Part shown: positions 18,244 through 27,953 of the stretch, in pieces
Layout: the number at the start of each line of letters is the position of its first letter
How positions within the stretch are numbered: the stretch's first letter is position 1
Source of the DNA: an uncultured virus (IMG/VR IMGVR_UViG_3300031733_000001)
Taxonomy: Duplodnaviria; Heunggongvirae; Uroviricota; Caudoviricetes
Reading direction: 5' to 3' (one strand)
DNA: 64,000 bases
Virus record (IMG/VR): IMGVR_UViG_3300031733_000001
The notes under the pieces: generated by a model
The model's database searches: none
What the model was told of the DNA's origin: nothing
The model's input: the letters and a program-made list of their open reading frames with translations, nothing else
Translations under genes and position numbers: made by a program

Positions 18244-20070
18244 ATGGCGACGATCAATTTGGCAGAAGCGGAGGTCCTCAGATCGGCTAAGGTGATCCCT
18301 CTGCTCTACTCCCTGGATGGGGAGATCAAGGAGCCCTGGTTCGACTACGACGACGAGGGCAATCCACAGGACTTCGGGATCGATTTGGAGCCGCCGGACC
18401 CCACTCCGGACGACCTGCTGGATGTCGAGGCCGACACGTTCATCTACGACGTGTCCCCCTCATCGTTCGCCGAGACTGCGATCCGTGTGCCGGAGGCAGG
18501 CCAGGTCTCAGACTTCAGCTTCGAGGGCCGCGAGTACCTCCGCCGCATCTATGACACCACTGCGGACAAGGTCCTGCTCAAGTGCGGCCGCCAGGTGGAG
18601 AAGTCCACGACCCTCGGCAACAGGCTGCTCTGCTACTCGGCACTGACCAACAACTTCCGCTCCCTGTTCGTCGCCCCCTCGGCCGAGCAGGCCAAGGTCT
18701 TCTCGACAGATCGCATCAAGGACGTGGTGGAAGCGTCGCCGTTGATGAAGGCGTACACCACGACCAAGATCTCACAGGCTGTCTTCTTCAAGAAGTTCAT
18801 CAACTTCTCGCAGATCCGTCTCCGCTACGCCTACCTCACGGCCGACCGTGTCCGTGGTATCCCGGCGGACTTGATCTGCATCGATGAGATCCAGGACATC
18901 CTCATCGACAACATCCCGATCATCGAGCAGTGCGCCTTCCACTCCAAGTACAAGCTGTTCGTCTACTCCGGCACGCCGAAGTCGATGGACAACACGCTCG
19001 AGCACTACTGGTCGGAGTTCTCCACCCAGAATGAGTGGATCGTCCCCTGTGAGAGGCACGGCACGCCCAAGGATCCCAGCTCCTGGCACTGGAACATCTT
19101 GGGCGAGAAGAACATCGGTGAGAAGGGTTTGATCTGCGACAAGTGTGGGGAGCCCATCGACGCTACCCACCCCATGGCTCAGTGGGCGTCGATGAATCCG
19201 ATCACTGAGGACAACAAGGACAAGGTCACCTTCGAGAGCTACCGCATCCCACAGATCATGGTGCAGTGGGTGGACTGGGACGAGATCTTGGCCGCTCAGG
19301 AGCAGTACCCACGTGCCCAGTTCATGAACGAGAAGCTGGGGCTCTCCTATGATTCTGGCGTGCGTCCCATCACCAAGGGTCAGCTCAAGGCATGCTGCAA
19401 GCCAAGCATCAGGTTGGGGGACATCGAGCACTTCAAGCGCCTGGCCTCTGGGCGTCAGATCTTCGCCGGCCTGGACTGGGGTACGGGCGAGAACACCTAC
19501 ACGGTTATCTCCTTCGGGGGCTACTTCGGGACCGGGAACTTCTCCATCTTCTGGATCCACCGTTTTACTGGGCCAGACCTGGAGCCCGAGCGGCAGCTGG
19601 ATCTCATCACCCAGATGATCGCGCAGCTCAACGTCCAGCTCGTAGGGGTGGACTATGGCGGGGGTTTCTATCCCAACGATACTCTGCTCCGGCGGTTCGG
19701 ACCCAGCAAGATCATGAAGTACCAGTACAACCCCAGGCAAAAGAAGAAGGTGTACTGGGAGCCGAATCTCCTCCGCCACATGGTCCACCGCTCCGAGGTG
19801 ATGAGCGATATCTTCAACGCCATGAAGCGGAAGCTGATAGATCTACCGAACTGGGAGGACTTCCGGGAGCCTCACGGCACTGACATCCTCAACATCTTCG
19901 CCGAGTACAACGAGCGGTTGAGGATGATTGAGTACAAGAAGGCGCCAGGCAAGACGGACGACGCCTTCCATTCGATCCTCTACTGCATCTTGGTCTCCAT
20001 GATTATGCGGCCAAGGCCCGACATCCTGACCCCGATGAAGGACACCGGAGTGCCGCCGTCTCACGGGTAA
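18244..20070 (+). CDS. terL: terminase large subunit (lambda GpA-like family)
   Basis: Walker A-like KCGRQVEKST, Walker B LICIDE, coupling motif SGTP, Zn-ribbon CERH..CDKC, nuclease motifs AGLDWG and DDAFHS. Confidence 0.9.
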   Translation: MATINLAEAEVLRSAKVIPLLYSLDGEIKEPWFDYDDEGNPQDFGIDLEPPDPTPDDLLDVEADTFIYDVSPSSFAETAIRVPEAGQVSDFSFEGREYLRRIYDTTADKVLLKCGRQVEKSTTLGNRLLCYSALTNNFRSLFVAPSAEQAKVFSTDRIKDVVEASPLMKAYTTTKISQAVFFKKFINFSQIRLRYAYLTADRVRGIPADLICIDEIQDILIDNIPIIEQCAFHSKYKLFVYSGTPKSMDNTLEHYWSEFSTQNEWIVPCERHGTPKDPSSWHWNILGEKNIGEKGLICDKCGEPIDATHPMAQWASMNPITEDNKDKVTFESYRIPQIMVQWVDWDEILAAQEQYPRAQFMNEKLGLSYDSGVRPITKGQLKACCKPSIRLGDIEHFKRLASGRQIFAGLDWGTGENTYTVISFGGYFGTGNFSIFWIHRFTGPDLEPERQLDLITQMIAQLNVQLVGVDYGGGFYPNDTLLRRFGPSKIMKYQYNPRQKKKVYWEPNLLRHMVHRSEVMSDIFNAMKRKLIDLPNWEDFREPHGTDILNIFAEYNERLRMIEYKKAPGKTDDAFHSILYCILVSMIMRPRPDILTPMKDTGVPPSHG

Positions 20071-20071
20071 A

Positions 20072-20098
20072 GAAGAGGAGTCACGTGCGCTCCTCTTC
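20072..20098. terminator. hairpin after terL
   Basis: GAAGAGGAG-9 nt-CTCCTCTTC inverted repeat directly after the stop, between convergent units. Confidence 0.45.
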
Positions 20099-20280
20099 GC
20101 CGTTTGGCGCGACCCTTCACCGGCTTGACTCCTCACCGGAACGAGGTGGCTATCCCCCGCGCCCCTTATGAATCCACGTCACCCCCGAGGCCAGGAGGGA
20201 CGCTTCCGACTAGATCATTGTTCTGTAGAACCTCCTTTCGCTATGGAGTCTCTGGAGGAACGGCGCGGCCCCCGGTTTCC

Positions 20281-20706
20281 CTAGGCGGCGCGGCTCCGAT
20301 ACCAGTCCACTCCCAGGTAGATCGCGAGGCCGATCGCGGCGCCCTGGTACAGCAGGCCCATGGCGCCCTGAACCTTGTTCTGCCAGCCTTTCGAGCGGAG
20401 ATGCTCGATGTTGTGCCAGCCGGTGATGCTGGAGAAGAACCCCGGCGTGGGGACGAGACCGTGCTTGCGGAGCAGGTCATCCTTCTTCTCCGCGGGCATG
20501 GCCTGGAAGCTCCGGAAGATCAGCTCCTCGGTGATCTCGGTCTTCTCGTACCCCAGGTCCTTCAACATCTCGGCCTGGGCGTCCTTGAGCTTCTCCAGCA
20601 TGCTGGGGAGCTGTTTGGCCATTTCCTGGCCGAGTGCCACGGCGATCTTCGCCTCGTCCACCGCACTCTCGACCTCCGCCTTCTCGGCGGTCGCTGCCTT
20701 GCCCAT
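20281..20706 (-). CDS. hypothetical protein with C-terminal membrane anchor
   Basis: AAGGAGG SD; C-terminal hydrophobic segment GLLYQGAAIGLAIYLGV. Confidence 0.6.
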   Translation of the reverse strand: MGKAATAEKAEVESAVDEAKIAVALGQEMAKQLPSMLEKLKDAQAEMLKDLGYEKTEITEELIFRSFQAMPAEKKDDLLRKHGLVPTPGFFSSITGWHNIEHLRSKGWQNKVQGAMGLLYQGAAIGLAIYLGVDWYRSRAA

Positions 20707-20810
20707 GGAAACCTCCTTTTTGGGCGTTGTTGATCAGATCGTGCGAGGGGAAAGAATTACTTCTTCCGCCTCACTAGCCTTATCTCTAGGAATATCAGCG
20801 ATTTGCAGTT

Positions 20811-21338
20811 TTAGAGGTAGGCAGACAGATCATCGCCATTCAGGAGGGTTTTTGCCTTGGGTGGCACGGTGTCCGGGTACTTCTTGATCATCATGATGGC
20901 TACGTCACGTAGGTTCTTCCTCGAACGCTCGAGGAAGGCGTAGAGATGTTGCATGCCCACGTCTGTGGGCATGTCCCGGTGCTGTCGGAGGCCGGTCATC
21001 ATCCTGACGCAGAGGTGGTAGAACGGTTCCCACGTGTGTTCGTAGTCCACGATGAGCTGCAGGCGGGCACACTCGTATTCGGAGAGCTGGGCGAAGAGGT
21101 CAGCCCACTGCTCCACAATCTCCGGCGGGTACTGTTTTGATTTTAGCCCTAGCAGCTGGACGGCATCCTGGTAGTATTTCAGGAGCTTCTCATCGGGAGC
21201 CGATCGGAGGGCGGACAAGTCAAGGCCGTTGATCCTCAGCAAGAACCGGACTTGCCCCTCAAGAGACGAGAGTCTGGCTTCCAACAGTCTGAGATCTTCT
21301 TCAGCCACTTCCCACCCTAGATCAGGTCGTGGTACCAA
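20811..21338 (-). CDS. hypothetical protein
   Basis: 175-aa ORF with protein-like composition; start codon uncertain. Confidence 0.5.
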   Translation of the reverse strand: MVPRPDLGWEVAEEDLRLLEARLSSLEGQVRFLLRINGLDLSALRSAPDEKLLKYYQDAVQLLGLKSKQYPPEIVEQWADLFAQLSEYECARLQLIVDYEHTWEPFYHLCVRMMTGLRQHRDMPTDVGMQHLYAFLERSRKNLRDVAIMMIKKYPDTVPPKAKTLLNGDDLSAYL

Positions 21339-21379
21339 TAGTAGTGGACCGGAGGCTGGTGCTCAAGTAGTGACGATTG

Positions 21380-21409
21380 TTGACACTGCAGGAAGCGCGC
21401 CTCTATGAT
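21380..21409 (+). promoter_or_regulatory. sigma70-like promoter for the head operon
   Basis: TTGACA-18 nt-TATGAT, 18 nt upstream of ATG 21428. Confidence 0.55.
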
Positions 21410-21427
21410 TGAGCGAAAGGTGACAGC

Positions 21428-22345
21428 ATGAGCGATCAGCCAGGTGCAATCCCGCTCGGTCTTGCCCAGCAGAAGGCCGCGAAGAACGTCGATCCCGAGC
21501 AGCTCGAGGCCATGGGCAAGAGAGCTGCAGCCCTCTACTCCTCCCAGGGTACTCAACTCAGCGATGCGGTCGTGGAGATCGTGAAGGAGGCACGCCTCGC
21601 ACCGGAGCAGGTGAAGAGGGTGTGCGAGTTCGCGAACACCAATGCCTACCTGAGCGAGTTCGAGAAGGCGGGGGAGGTTCGGAACGTCACGTTCGCGGGG
21701 GGTCCGGCGAGCCCGGCGAAGGTGCTGCAAGATCTGAACGATGGGTCCTCACCCGCCGTCCACCAGGTCAAGACCGCGGCCTACCTCCCTCCCAGCGGCC
21801 ACTACAAGACGGCCGGTGCCAGCGATTCGATCCTGGCCGAGGCGTTCGGCGCCGGGATGGAGAAGACCGCAGAAGCGGTTCCGCATCATGCCCGGCATCA
21901 GCCTAGCGAGGAGCTGGCAGATCTACGGTCGCGGCTGGAAGGCGTACACGAGCACTACATGAGCAAGCTCTCCTCCTCCGAGATCTTCCTCAACGACATC
22001 AAGAACGACCTCTGCGAGGCCGGGGCCTCGCAGGTGATGGACGGCTCGACCCTGGGGGATGTCGTGCGTGCCTGGTCGAGCTTCGGCGACACCAGGATGG
22101 TGAAGGAGGCTACCCAGCTGCTCCGAGATCACCTCCGGCAGCGGAGGATCATGGGCAAGGAGCAGATGGACGAGTCCCTGTCCAAGACCGCGAGCGCCGG
22201 CGTGGTCCCGAACCCTGCGCACCCGGTCATCGATCGCTTCCTGATCTTCACCAAGGTCGCCCACGAACACCGGAAGCTGGAGCACTCCATCCGCATCGTT
22301 GACGAGCAGCTCAACGAGGTCAACGGGAAGCTGGGGGTCCGATGA
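21428..22345 (+). CDS. putative prohead core protein
   Basis: First gene of the head operon; VKTAA, YKTAG, MEKTAE, LSKTAS and FTKVA motifs. Confidence 0.55.
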   Translation: MSDQPGAIPLGLAQQKAAKNVDPEQLEAMGKRAAALYSSQGTQLSDAVVEIVKEARLAPEQVKRVCEFANTNAYLSEFEKAGEVRNVTFAGGPASPAKVLQDLNDGSSPAVHQVKTAAYLPPSGHYKTAGASDSILAEAFGAGMEKTAEAVPHHARHQPSEELADLRSRLEGVHEHYMSKLSSSEIFLNDIKNDLCEAGASQVMDGSTLGDVVRAWSSFGDTRMVKEATQLLRDHLRQRRIMGKEQMDESLSKTASAGVVPNPAHPVIDRFLIFTKVAHEHRKLEHSIRIVDEQLNEVNGKLGVR

Positions 22346-22641
22346 TCGAGCTCGCCTCTGCGTTCTATCTACTCCGACAGGATCTGGAGAAGCACGGCGG
22401 TGTCCTGGGCACAGCCGGGGACATCGTGCGGTCCATCGATCGGGCCGGCAAAGGGGCCGCCGAGTTCATGGCCAGCCGTGGGCACAAGAACCTGGCCCTG
22501 GCCGCCAGGGTCGCCCCGCATCTGGCGGTGGCCTACGGGGCGAAGAAGGGCTGGGAGTCCGAGCCTGTCCAGCGGGCTCGGATGAAGTATCACGTCTGGA
22601 AACAGCGCCGGGCGATGAAGAAGGCGCAGCGAGGGTACTGA
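22342..22641 (+). CDS. small basic protein (DLEKHG leader)
   Basis: ATGA-coupled on both sides; basic amphipathic body. Confidence 0.55.
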   Translation: MIELASAFYLLRQDLEKHGGVLGTAGDIVRSIDRAGKGAAEFMASRGHKNLALAARVAPHLAVAYGAKKGWESEPVQRARMKYHVWKQRRAMKKAQRGY

Positions 22642-23132
22642 TGAGCAATCCAGTCGACGAGTTCCTGAAGGAGGCGGGCTGGCTCGACGCCATGGGCAGA
22701 GCCGTCAAGGAGGCTCTGCCTGGAGCCATCGCGTCCGCTGGTATCTCCGCGATGGGTGTCGCCGCCAGCAAGGGCATCGGCATGGTCAAGGAGCGGTTCA
22801 CCAGGGTGCGGGACTACTCCAACATGTTGAAGGCGAATCCCATGCTGCGGGACCACGACGCCAGCTCGGTCCAGATGGTCTACAACTCGCTGAGGAAGAC
22901 CGCACCCTCTCTGGCGGCAGACCCACTCATCGCCGGGTCGTACGTCCGGAACACGCTGGAGATGTCGCCGGAGTCTGGTCCGGCCGTCCCTCTCCAGTCC
23001 GCCAAGCTGCTGGCCGAGACCCAGAGGAACATCACCCAGGGCAAGGCTGGCAGGGGTCCCATCTCCGAGGCATTCCGGCCGACCAAGGTCGATACCTTCC
23101 GACCGGACAGTGAGAATCCCTTCAAGCTATGA
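22641..23132 (+). CDS. small protein with VDEFLKEA leader and hydrophobic segment
   Basis: ATG at 22641 overlaps the upstream TGA; segment GAIASAGISAMGVAA. Confidence 0.6.
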   Translation: MSNPVDEFLKEAGWLDAMGRAVKEALPGAIASAGISAMGVAASKGIGMVKERFTRVRDYSNMLKANPMLRDHDASSVQMVYNSLRKTAPSLAADPLIAGSYVRNTLEMSPESGPAVPLQSAKLLAETQRNITQGKAGRGPISEAFRPTKVDTFRPDSENPFKL

Positions 23133-25123
23133 TCGTCAAGGTATGCCAGTTCAAAGCCCGACGTGAGCAGGGCGAACGCCTGGTGGAGATCTTCCAGCCG
23201 GGTGAGATGGAGAAGGCCGCCGAGTTCTTCTCCATGGGCAAGACAGCAGCGCCCATGCTCCCGCAGGTCCAGGCATACCTCGACAAGCTGAAGCCCGATT
23301 CCCAAAGGATCTACGTCCTCGTCAACGCCCTGGGAGCTGGTGAGTTCTGGGGCTCGAACATCAACGGGGACTACTTCCCGGAAGCTTCTTTGATCCACAA
23401 GGGTCCGGTCTACGGATACGAGACCTTCTACGGAGCCTTCCCCTACAAGCACCACGTCAACAAGGACCCAAGCAAGGCCTTCGGCAAGGTCGAGCTGGCT
23501 GCCTGGAACGACGCCATGAAGCGCGTCGAGCTGGTGGTCATGATCGACCGCAAGCGGGCAGAGATGTTCGGGGCCACCGACGTGTGCGACAAGCTGGACC
23601 ACGGCCTGTTTCCCGACGTGAGCATGGGCTGCAAGGTCCCCTATGACCTCTGCTCCAAGTGCCTGGACTGGAAGAAGTACCGACAGGCCCAGGCCACTTT
23701 CGACCCGAGCCGGCATCGGTCGGTAGGCGTCGCAGTCCTGGAGTTCCACAAGAAGAACCCCATCCGTGGGCTCTCCGTCACCCGGAACGACTACTGCGAG
23801 CATCTCAAGGGTATGCTCAACAAGATCCTGGCGGACGGGACGAAGATCTACGCGATCAACGACTACCCCAGGTTCTTCGACATCTCTTTTGTTTTCATCG
23901 GTGCTGACAAGACCGCAAAGGTCATGGCAAAGTTGGCTATGGCGCATACTGGGGGTCGAAAATATGTCACGATCCCCTCCTGGTTGGTGGCGGAAGAGAT
24001 GGGCTACGAGCAGCCGAGCACAGAGAAGTCGTTCGAGAAGGCAGCAGCAGTGCCCAGCTTGTGGAGCACCAGCCACCCCGGCCGGAAGAAAGTCCGCGAG
24101 GTTTGGAGCGAGCTGCTCACCGGCAAGAGGATCGCCAGCCTCCACAGCGGGTCTCAGGGGAAGGAGAAGCGGTCGGCCATCGACATCGTGCGCGATCGGC
24201 TCCGGGAGAAAAAGGCTTCCCAGCGCAAGGGCGCGGAGATTATAAAGGATGTCAAGCCGTCTCAGTTTGGCAGCAAGGCCGTGCCCCTGGAAGACAACAG
24301 ACCAGATTTGCCGGATGAAGTCCTCGATCAACTGGGCAAGGGTGACCTCAGCGAGGCACTCTCCACGCCCACGACGATGGGGATGATCCTCAAGCCCCGC
24401 GAGTTCCAGAGGATCACCATCATCCGGCTCGGCAAGAAACCACTGGCAGACCAGCTCGATCGAGATGGGGAGGTGATCCCTCCCACGGACGAGTCTGACA
24501 CCTCGATCCCCCTGGGATCGGGGCACTTCAGTTCCATGCTGAAGCGTCTCCTCTTGCCGATGATGGAAGACCGTAGCATGCTGGAGCCCATCGCAAGACG
24601 TAGGGTGGTCCGCATCACGATCTGTGGGGCGCCAAAGGCTGATGACGGGGAGGGGAAAGAAGCTGAAGAAACCCCCTTCCTACAGAAGATCTCGGCAGCT
24701 TATAATGGCTACCTAGATCGGATCGGAGATTGTCTAGTAGATGCAGGAGCCATTGTGGATGCGGATCCTGATCTGTGGGAAACAGTCCACAGATCAGGAC
24801 TTGCGGACGGCTTTGAAAAGACCGCTGCTGGGGTCAACCCAGCTGTGGTCCTAGGCGCAGTAGGCGGAGCCTTCGCGCTGAGTCGTTGGGCGGCGCACCA
24901 ACAGAGACGAGCGATGATGGGAGCACGAGGACCAACAGGGGCGTTGATAAACCTGGCGGCCGAGAATCCCAAAACGCTCATGGTGATGGCTGGGATGGGC
25001 GCTCTTCATCAACAAGGATCTCAGATTCCCAGGCGGCTCGTCCGCGGTGTCGTGGACGCAGTCAAAGGTGGTGGGGCATCCCTGAAAGAAGGACTGAAAC
25101 AAGGGGTTGGCCAACTGCTTTAG
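23129..25123 (+). CDS. prohead (capsid maturation) protease
   Basis: NINGDYF, candidate catalytic His in YKHHVNKD, candidate catalytic Ser in DVSMGC followed by CxxC, and FFDISFV..GAD; lies upstream of the scaffold and capsid genes as expected for HK97/herpes-fold maturation proteases. Confidence 0.75.
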   Translation: MIVKVCQFKARREQGERLVEIFQPGEMEKAAEFFSMGKTAAPMLPQVQAYLDKLKPDSQRIYVLVNALGAGEFWGSNINGDYFPEASLIHKGPVYGYETFYGAFPYKHHVNKDPSKAFGKVELAAWNDAMKRVELVVMIDRKRAEMFGATDVCDKLDHGLFPDVSMGCKVPYDLCSKCLDWKKYRQAQATFDPSRHRSVGVAVLEFHKKNPIRGLSVTRNDYCEHLKGMLNKILADGTKIYAINDYPRFFDISFVFIGADKTAKVMAKLAMAHTGGRKYVTIPSWLVAEEMGYEQPSTEKSFEKAAAVPSLWSTSHPGRKKVREVWSELLTGKRIASLHSGSQGKEKRSAIDIVRDRLREKKASQRKGAEIIKDVKPSQFGSKAVPLEDNRPDLPDEVLDQLGKGDLSEALSTPTTMGMILKPREFQRITIIRLGKKPLADQLDRDGEVIPPTDESDTSIPLGSGHFSSMLKRLLLPMMEDRSMLEPIARRRVVRITICGAPKADDGEGKEAEETPFLQKISAAYNGYLDRIGDCLVDAGAIVDADPDLWETVHRSGLADGFEKTAAGVNPAVVLGAVGGAFALSRWAAHQQRRAMMGARGPTGALINLAAENPKTLMVMAGMGALHQQGSQIPRRLVRGVVDAVKGGGASLKEGLKQGVGQLL

Positions 25124-25212
25124 CTTCGGTGGACGTTAGGGGCTTTGACACCTCAAGGATGCGATCACCTGGCTGAGAGGAAACCGAACTAAACCGAAGA
25201 AGGAGAGACATC

Positions 25213-26052
25213 ATGGACAAGCAGCTCGCTGCAATCTACGGGACCGGCCAGGTCGAGTACGAGGAGGACGATCTGGAGAAGACCGCCGCCGCGGAGCTTC
25301 TGGTGAAGCTGGCCGAGGAGGAGGGTGTCGACCTCTCCCAGTTCTCCGATGAGGACGTGGAGGGCATGATCAACGAGCTCTACAGCGGGGACGGCATCGA
25401 GCACACCGCCGAAGCCGAGGAGGAGCTGGACGAGGAGGGTCAGGAGAAGTTCGCCGAGGCGGACTTCCTGGGGCGTGTCATGGCCCACTCCATGGTCCAG
25501 GAGCTCAACAACATCGAGAAGGAAGCCGCCGAGGAGATGGGTCCGCAGATCAGCAAGGCCCGCCTGGGCTACCGCAGGGCCAAGGGGGCGGTCCAGCGCG
25601 GCGCCAGCGCGGCTGGCAAGGCTACCGGCGTCAGCCAGATGATCGAGGGCCTGAAGGATGTCCGCAAGGCCAAGGGGATGCAGGCGGCCGAGACCGCCGC
25701 AGGCCACGCCAAGCGCAGCCTCAAGGCCTTCCCCAGCGGCAAGGCGGGCGTCGAGGCCCTGAAGGGTGGGGCGAAGCGGTTCGGCAAGCGGGTGGGGATC
25801 CCCCTGGCCCTCGCCGGCGGCGGGTACGCGGCCTACAGGGCCCTGAAGGGCAAGAAGAAGGAGAAGAACGCGTCGGCGCTCGAGAAGCTGGCCGAGGCCA
25901 GGGCCTACGAGATGCTGATGGAGTCCGGGTACCTCGAGATCCCAGAGGGCTACGAGCAGGAGAAGCTCGCGGGCCAGCTGGGGTACGAGGTGGACAACCT
26001 CGCGCTCCAGATGCTGGAAGCCGCCGGTTGGCCGGTGGAGTGGAACGAGTAG
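25213..26052 (+). CDS. scaffold/core-like protein with internal basic cargo segment
   Basis: AAGGAG SD; acidic termini, basic centre, at least 6 K-x-A motifs. Confidence 0.6.
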   Translation: MDKQLAAIYGTGQVEYEEDDLEKTAAAELLVKLAEEEGVDLSQFSDEDVEGMINELYSGDGIEHTAEAEEELDEEGQEKFAEADFLGRVMAHSMVQELNNIEKEAAEEMGPQISKARLGYRRAKGAVQRGASAAGKATGVSQMIEGLKDVRKAKGMQAAETAAGHAKRSLKAFPSGKAGVEALKGGAKRFGKRVGIPLALAGGGYAAYRALKGKKKEKNASALEKLAEARAYEMLMESGYLEIPEGYEQEKLAGQLGYEVDNLALQMLEAAGWPVEWNE

Positions 26053-26082
26053 GAGTAGCCAGCCGCTACCTCGAGGAATGAG

Positions 26083-26394
26083 TTGCTTGGGATCAACATG
26101 ACGGCGTTTTTCGAAGAGCTTGAGAAGATCGGGGCGCAGTCTCGGTCTTCGGAGAGCGTGTGGACCTCGAAGACCACGCAGGCCCCGAGGTCCAAGCTCC
26201 CCGGTCGTCAAGCTCCGAAGGCGCCGACAGCCCCCGGCGACATGGGCCCCAAGGTGATCCGGCCGGCTCCCCAGTTCGGCAAGCGGCAAAACTACTCGCA
26301 ACCTAATGTGGAGACGCCCCCCGCCACCAACCCTGCGCAGGCGGTGGATGCTCGACATCAACCGCCACCCAACGTAGTGTTTGGGGTGCGTTAA
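26083..26394 (+). CDS. small Pro-rich protein with FFEELEKIG leader
   Basis: Shared leader motif; start either TTG 26083 or ATG 26098. Confidence 0.55.
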   Translation: MLGINMTAFFEELEKIGAQSRSSESVWTSKTTQAPRSKLPGRQAPKAPTAPGDMGPKVIRPAPQFGKRQNYSQPNVETPPATNPAQAVDARHQPPPNVVFGVR

Positions 26395-26408
26395 CAAGGA
26401 GGACCAGA

Positions 26409-27509
26409 ATGCACTTCACGCTTCAGGATATGGTCCGGCAGGTAGCCGCCGAAGCCGATATGCGGGAGAAGCTCGCTCAGGCAGAGGAGGAGACCAAGTC
26501 GGAAGAGGCGAAGAAGAAGGAAAAGAAGGCTCCTCCGGCACAGGCCTCCAACGGCAACGAGAGCACAGCTCCGGAGCGCAACGAGGAGGGAGTCGATCAG
26601 GAGAAGGTCTCTTCCGTGTACGTCGAGAAGTTGGCGTCCGCGGTGGAGTATCTCAACGTCCACTTCCTCGAGAAGGAGGCTGTCGGCAAGCCGGAGCCGC
26701 CTCTGTCGCACAAGCCACCCACCACCACCGTCGGTTCGGGCATCGGCGCCACCGCCATGCCCAACACGATCGACGCTCCCACCCCGGGGACGCAGAACAC
26801 GGAGACCGGCCAGGCGACCCCGCAGCAGCAGGCGCCGCTGAACCCGGGCCCCGATCCCAAGTCCCCCGGCCAGACCAATCCCGCCACCGCCCTGGAGACC
26901 ACCATCCAGGATCCTCCGGGCGGATCGGAGGACTGGACGAACAAGGACGTCCAGAAGCAGGCGCAGGTCCAGCGTGTCCTCGGCATCATGAAGCGCGCCG
27001 AGAACGCTCTGAACCCGGCGACCAACTCCGCGGGCCGCGAGCCCCTGGAGAACCCCAACGCCTCCCAGGCGGAGGAGGGCGTGCCCTCTCAGCCGGGCGA
27101 GGTGAGCAAGCAGGAGACGATGGTCGGCAGCAACCAGTCGGCCATCGACTACACCAAGCAGCAGGCGAAGGCCGTACCCAAGGCACGGATGGGTGAGGTT
27201 CTCGACGAACCAGCTCAGAAGAAGAGCACGGATCCGGTTCTTCACAACGTCCTCGACGCAACCTCTCAGGCCGGCGTGAAGCTGTCGTCGGTCGAGAAGC
27301 GGGCGGCGGCGAGGGCCTGGCTCCGCAAGATCGCGGAGGAGGGGGCCGCGCCCAACGCGACCCCCGAGCAGAAGGAGAAGGCCTCCAAGCTGCAGGAGGT
27401 CATGAAGGCCAAGGCCGAGGAGAAGAAGAACGGGGACACCTCCGAGTCCAAGGACGAGGAGGAGGAGAAGACCTCGGGCTTCAGCATGCCGCTCTCGGGC
27501 GGGTACTAG
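26409..27509 (+). CDS. putative scaffolding protein
   Basis: AAGGAGG SD; low-complexity, charged and Pro-rich; many K-x-A motifs; between protease and capsid genes. Confidence 0.55.
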   Translation: MHFTLQDMVRQVAAEADMREKLAQAEEETKSEEAKKKEKKAPPAQASNGNESTAPERNEEGVDQEKVSSVYVEKLASAVEYLNVHFLEKEAVGKPEPPLSHKPPTTTVGSGIGATAMPNTIDAPTPGTQNTETGQATPQQQAPLNPGPDPKSPGQTNPATALETTIQDPPGGSEDWTNKDVQKQAQVQRVLGIMKRAENALNPATNSAGREPLENPNASQAEEGVPSQPGEVSKQETMVGSNQSAIDYTKQQAKAVPKARMGEVLDEPAQKKSTDPVLHNVLDATSQAGVKLSSVEKRAAARAWLRKIAEEGAAPNATPEQKEKASKLQEVMKAKAEEKKNGDTSESKDEEEEKTSGFSMPLSGGY

Positions 27510-27518
27510 GAGGACACC

Positions 27519-27905
27519 ATGAGCCAAGAGAAGATCAGCGCAGCGAAGGCAGCTCAGGTCTACTCGGCGGTGCCTGGTGTACTCCGGGCACTCGTCACCG
27601 AGCGGGATGAGCTTCTCGAGAAGAACGCCGAGCTCTCCCAGCAGCTGGGAGAGCGAAACCACCGCGACCGGATCGAGAAGATCGCTCGCACCATGGAGAA
27701 GAAGGGGATCGACACCGATACCCCCTTCGAGGACAAGGTGGAGCGTATCGAGAAGGCCGCGGAGGCGGGCAAGTCGCTCGATGTCATCGAAGAGGCCATC
27801 GAGATGACCGCGCCCAACGGCGAGATCGCGAAGCTGGCGGAGGACGTCTCCGGAAACGGGGCCGACCAGCTGACCGCCTATCTCCTGGGTGACCTCTCCG
27901 AGTAG
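27519..27905 (+). CDS. coiled-coil scaffold-like protein
   Basis: AGGAGG SD; heptad pattern; IEKIA, IEKAA and IAKLA motifs. Confidence 0.55.
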   Translation: MSQEKISAAKAAQVYSAVPGVLRALVTERDELLEKNAELSQQLGERNHRDRIEKIARTMEKKGIDTDTPFEDKVERIEKAAEAGKSLDVIEEAIEMTAPNGEIAKLAEDVSGNGADQLTAYLLGDLSE

Positions 27906-27953
27906 AGGGGCCGCTCCGAGTTGCAGCGGACGAAGAACTGAAGGAGGAATCCG

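Noticed and set aside
20210..20237. SD plus ATG-ATC-TAG minigene on the - strand, or possible TAG recoding
   Set aside because: SD spacing is long, read-through gives nothing meaningful, and TAG cleanly ends many core genes (capsid, spike, tube), so the standard code holds.
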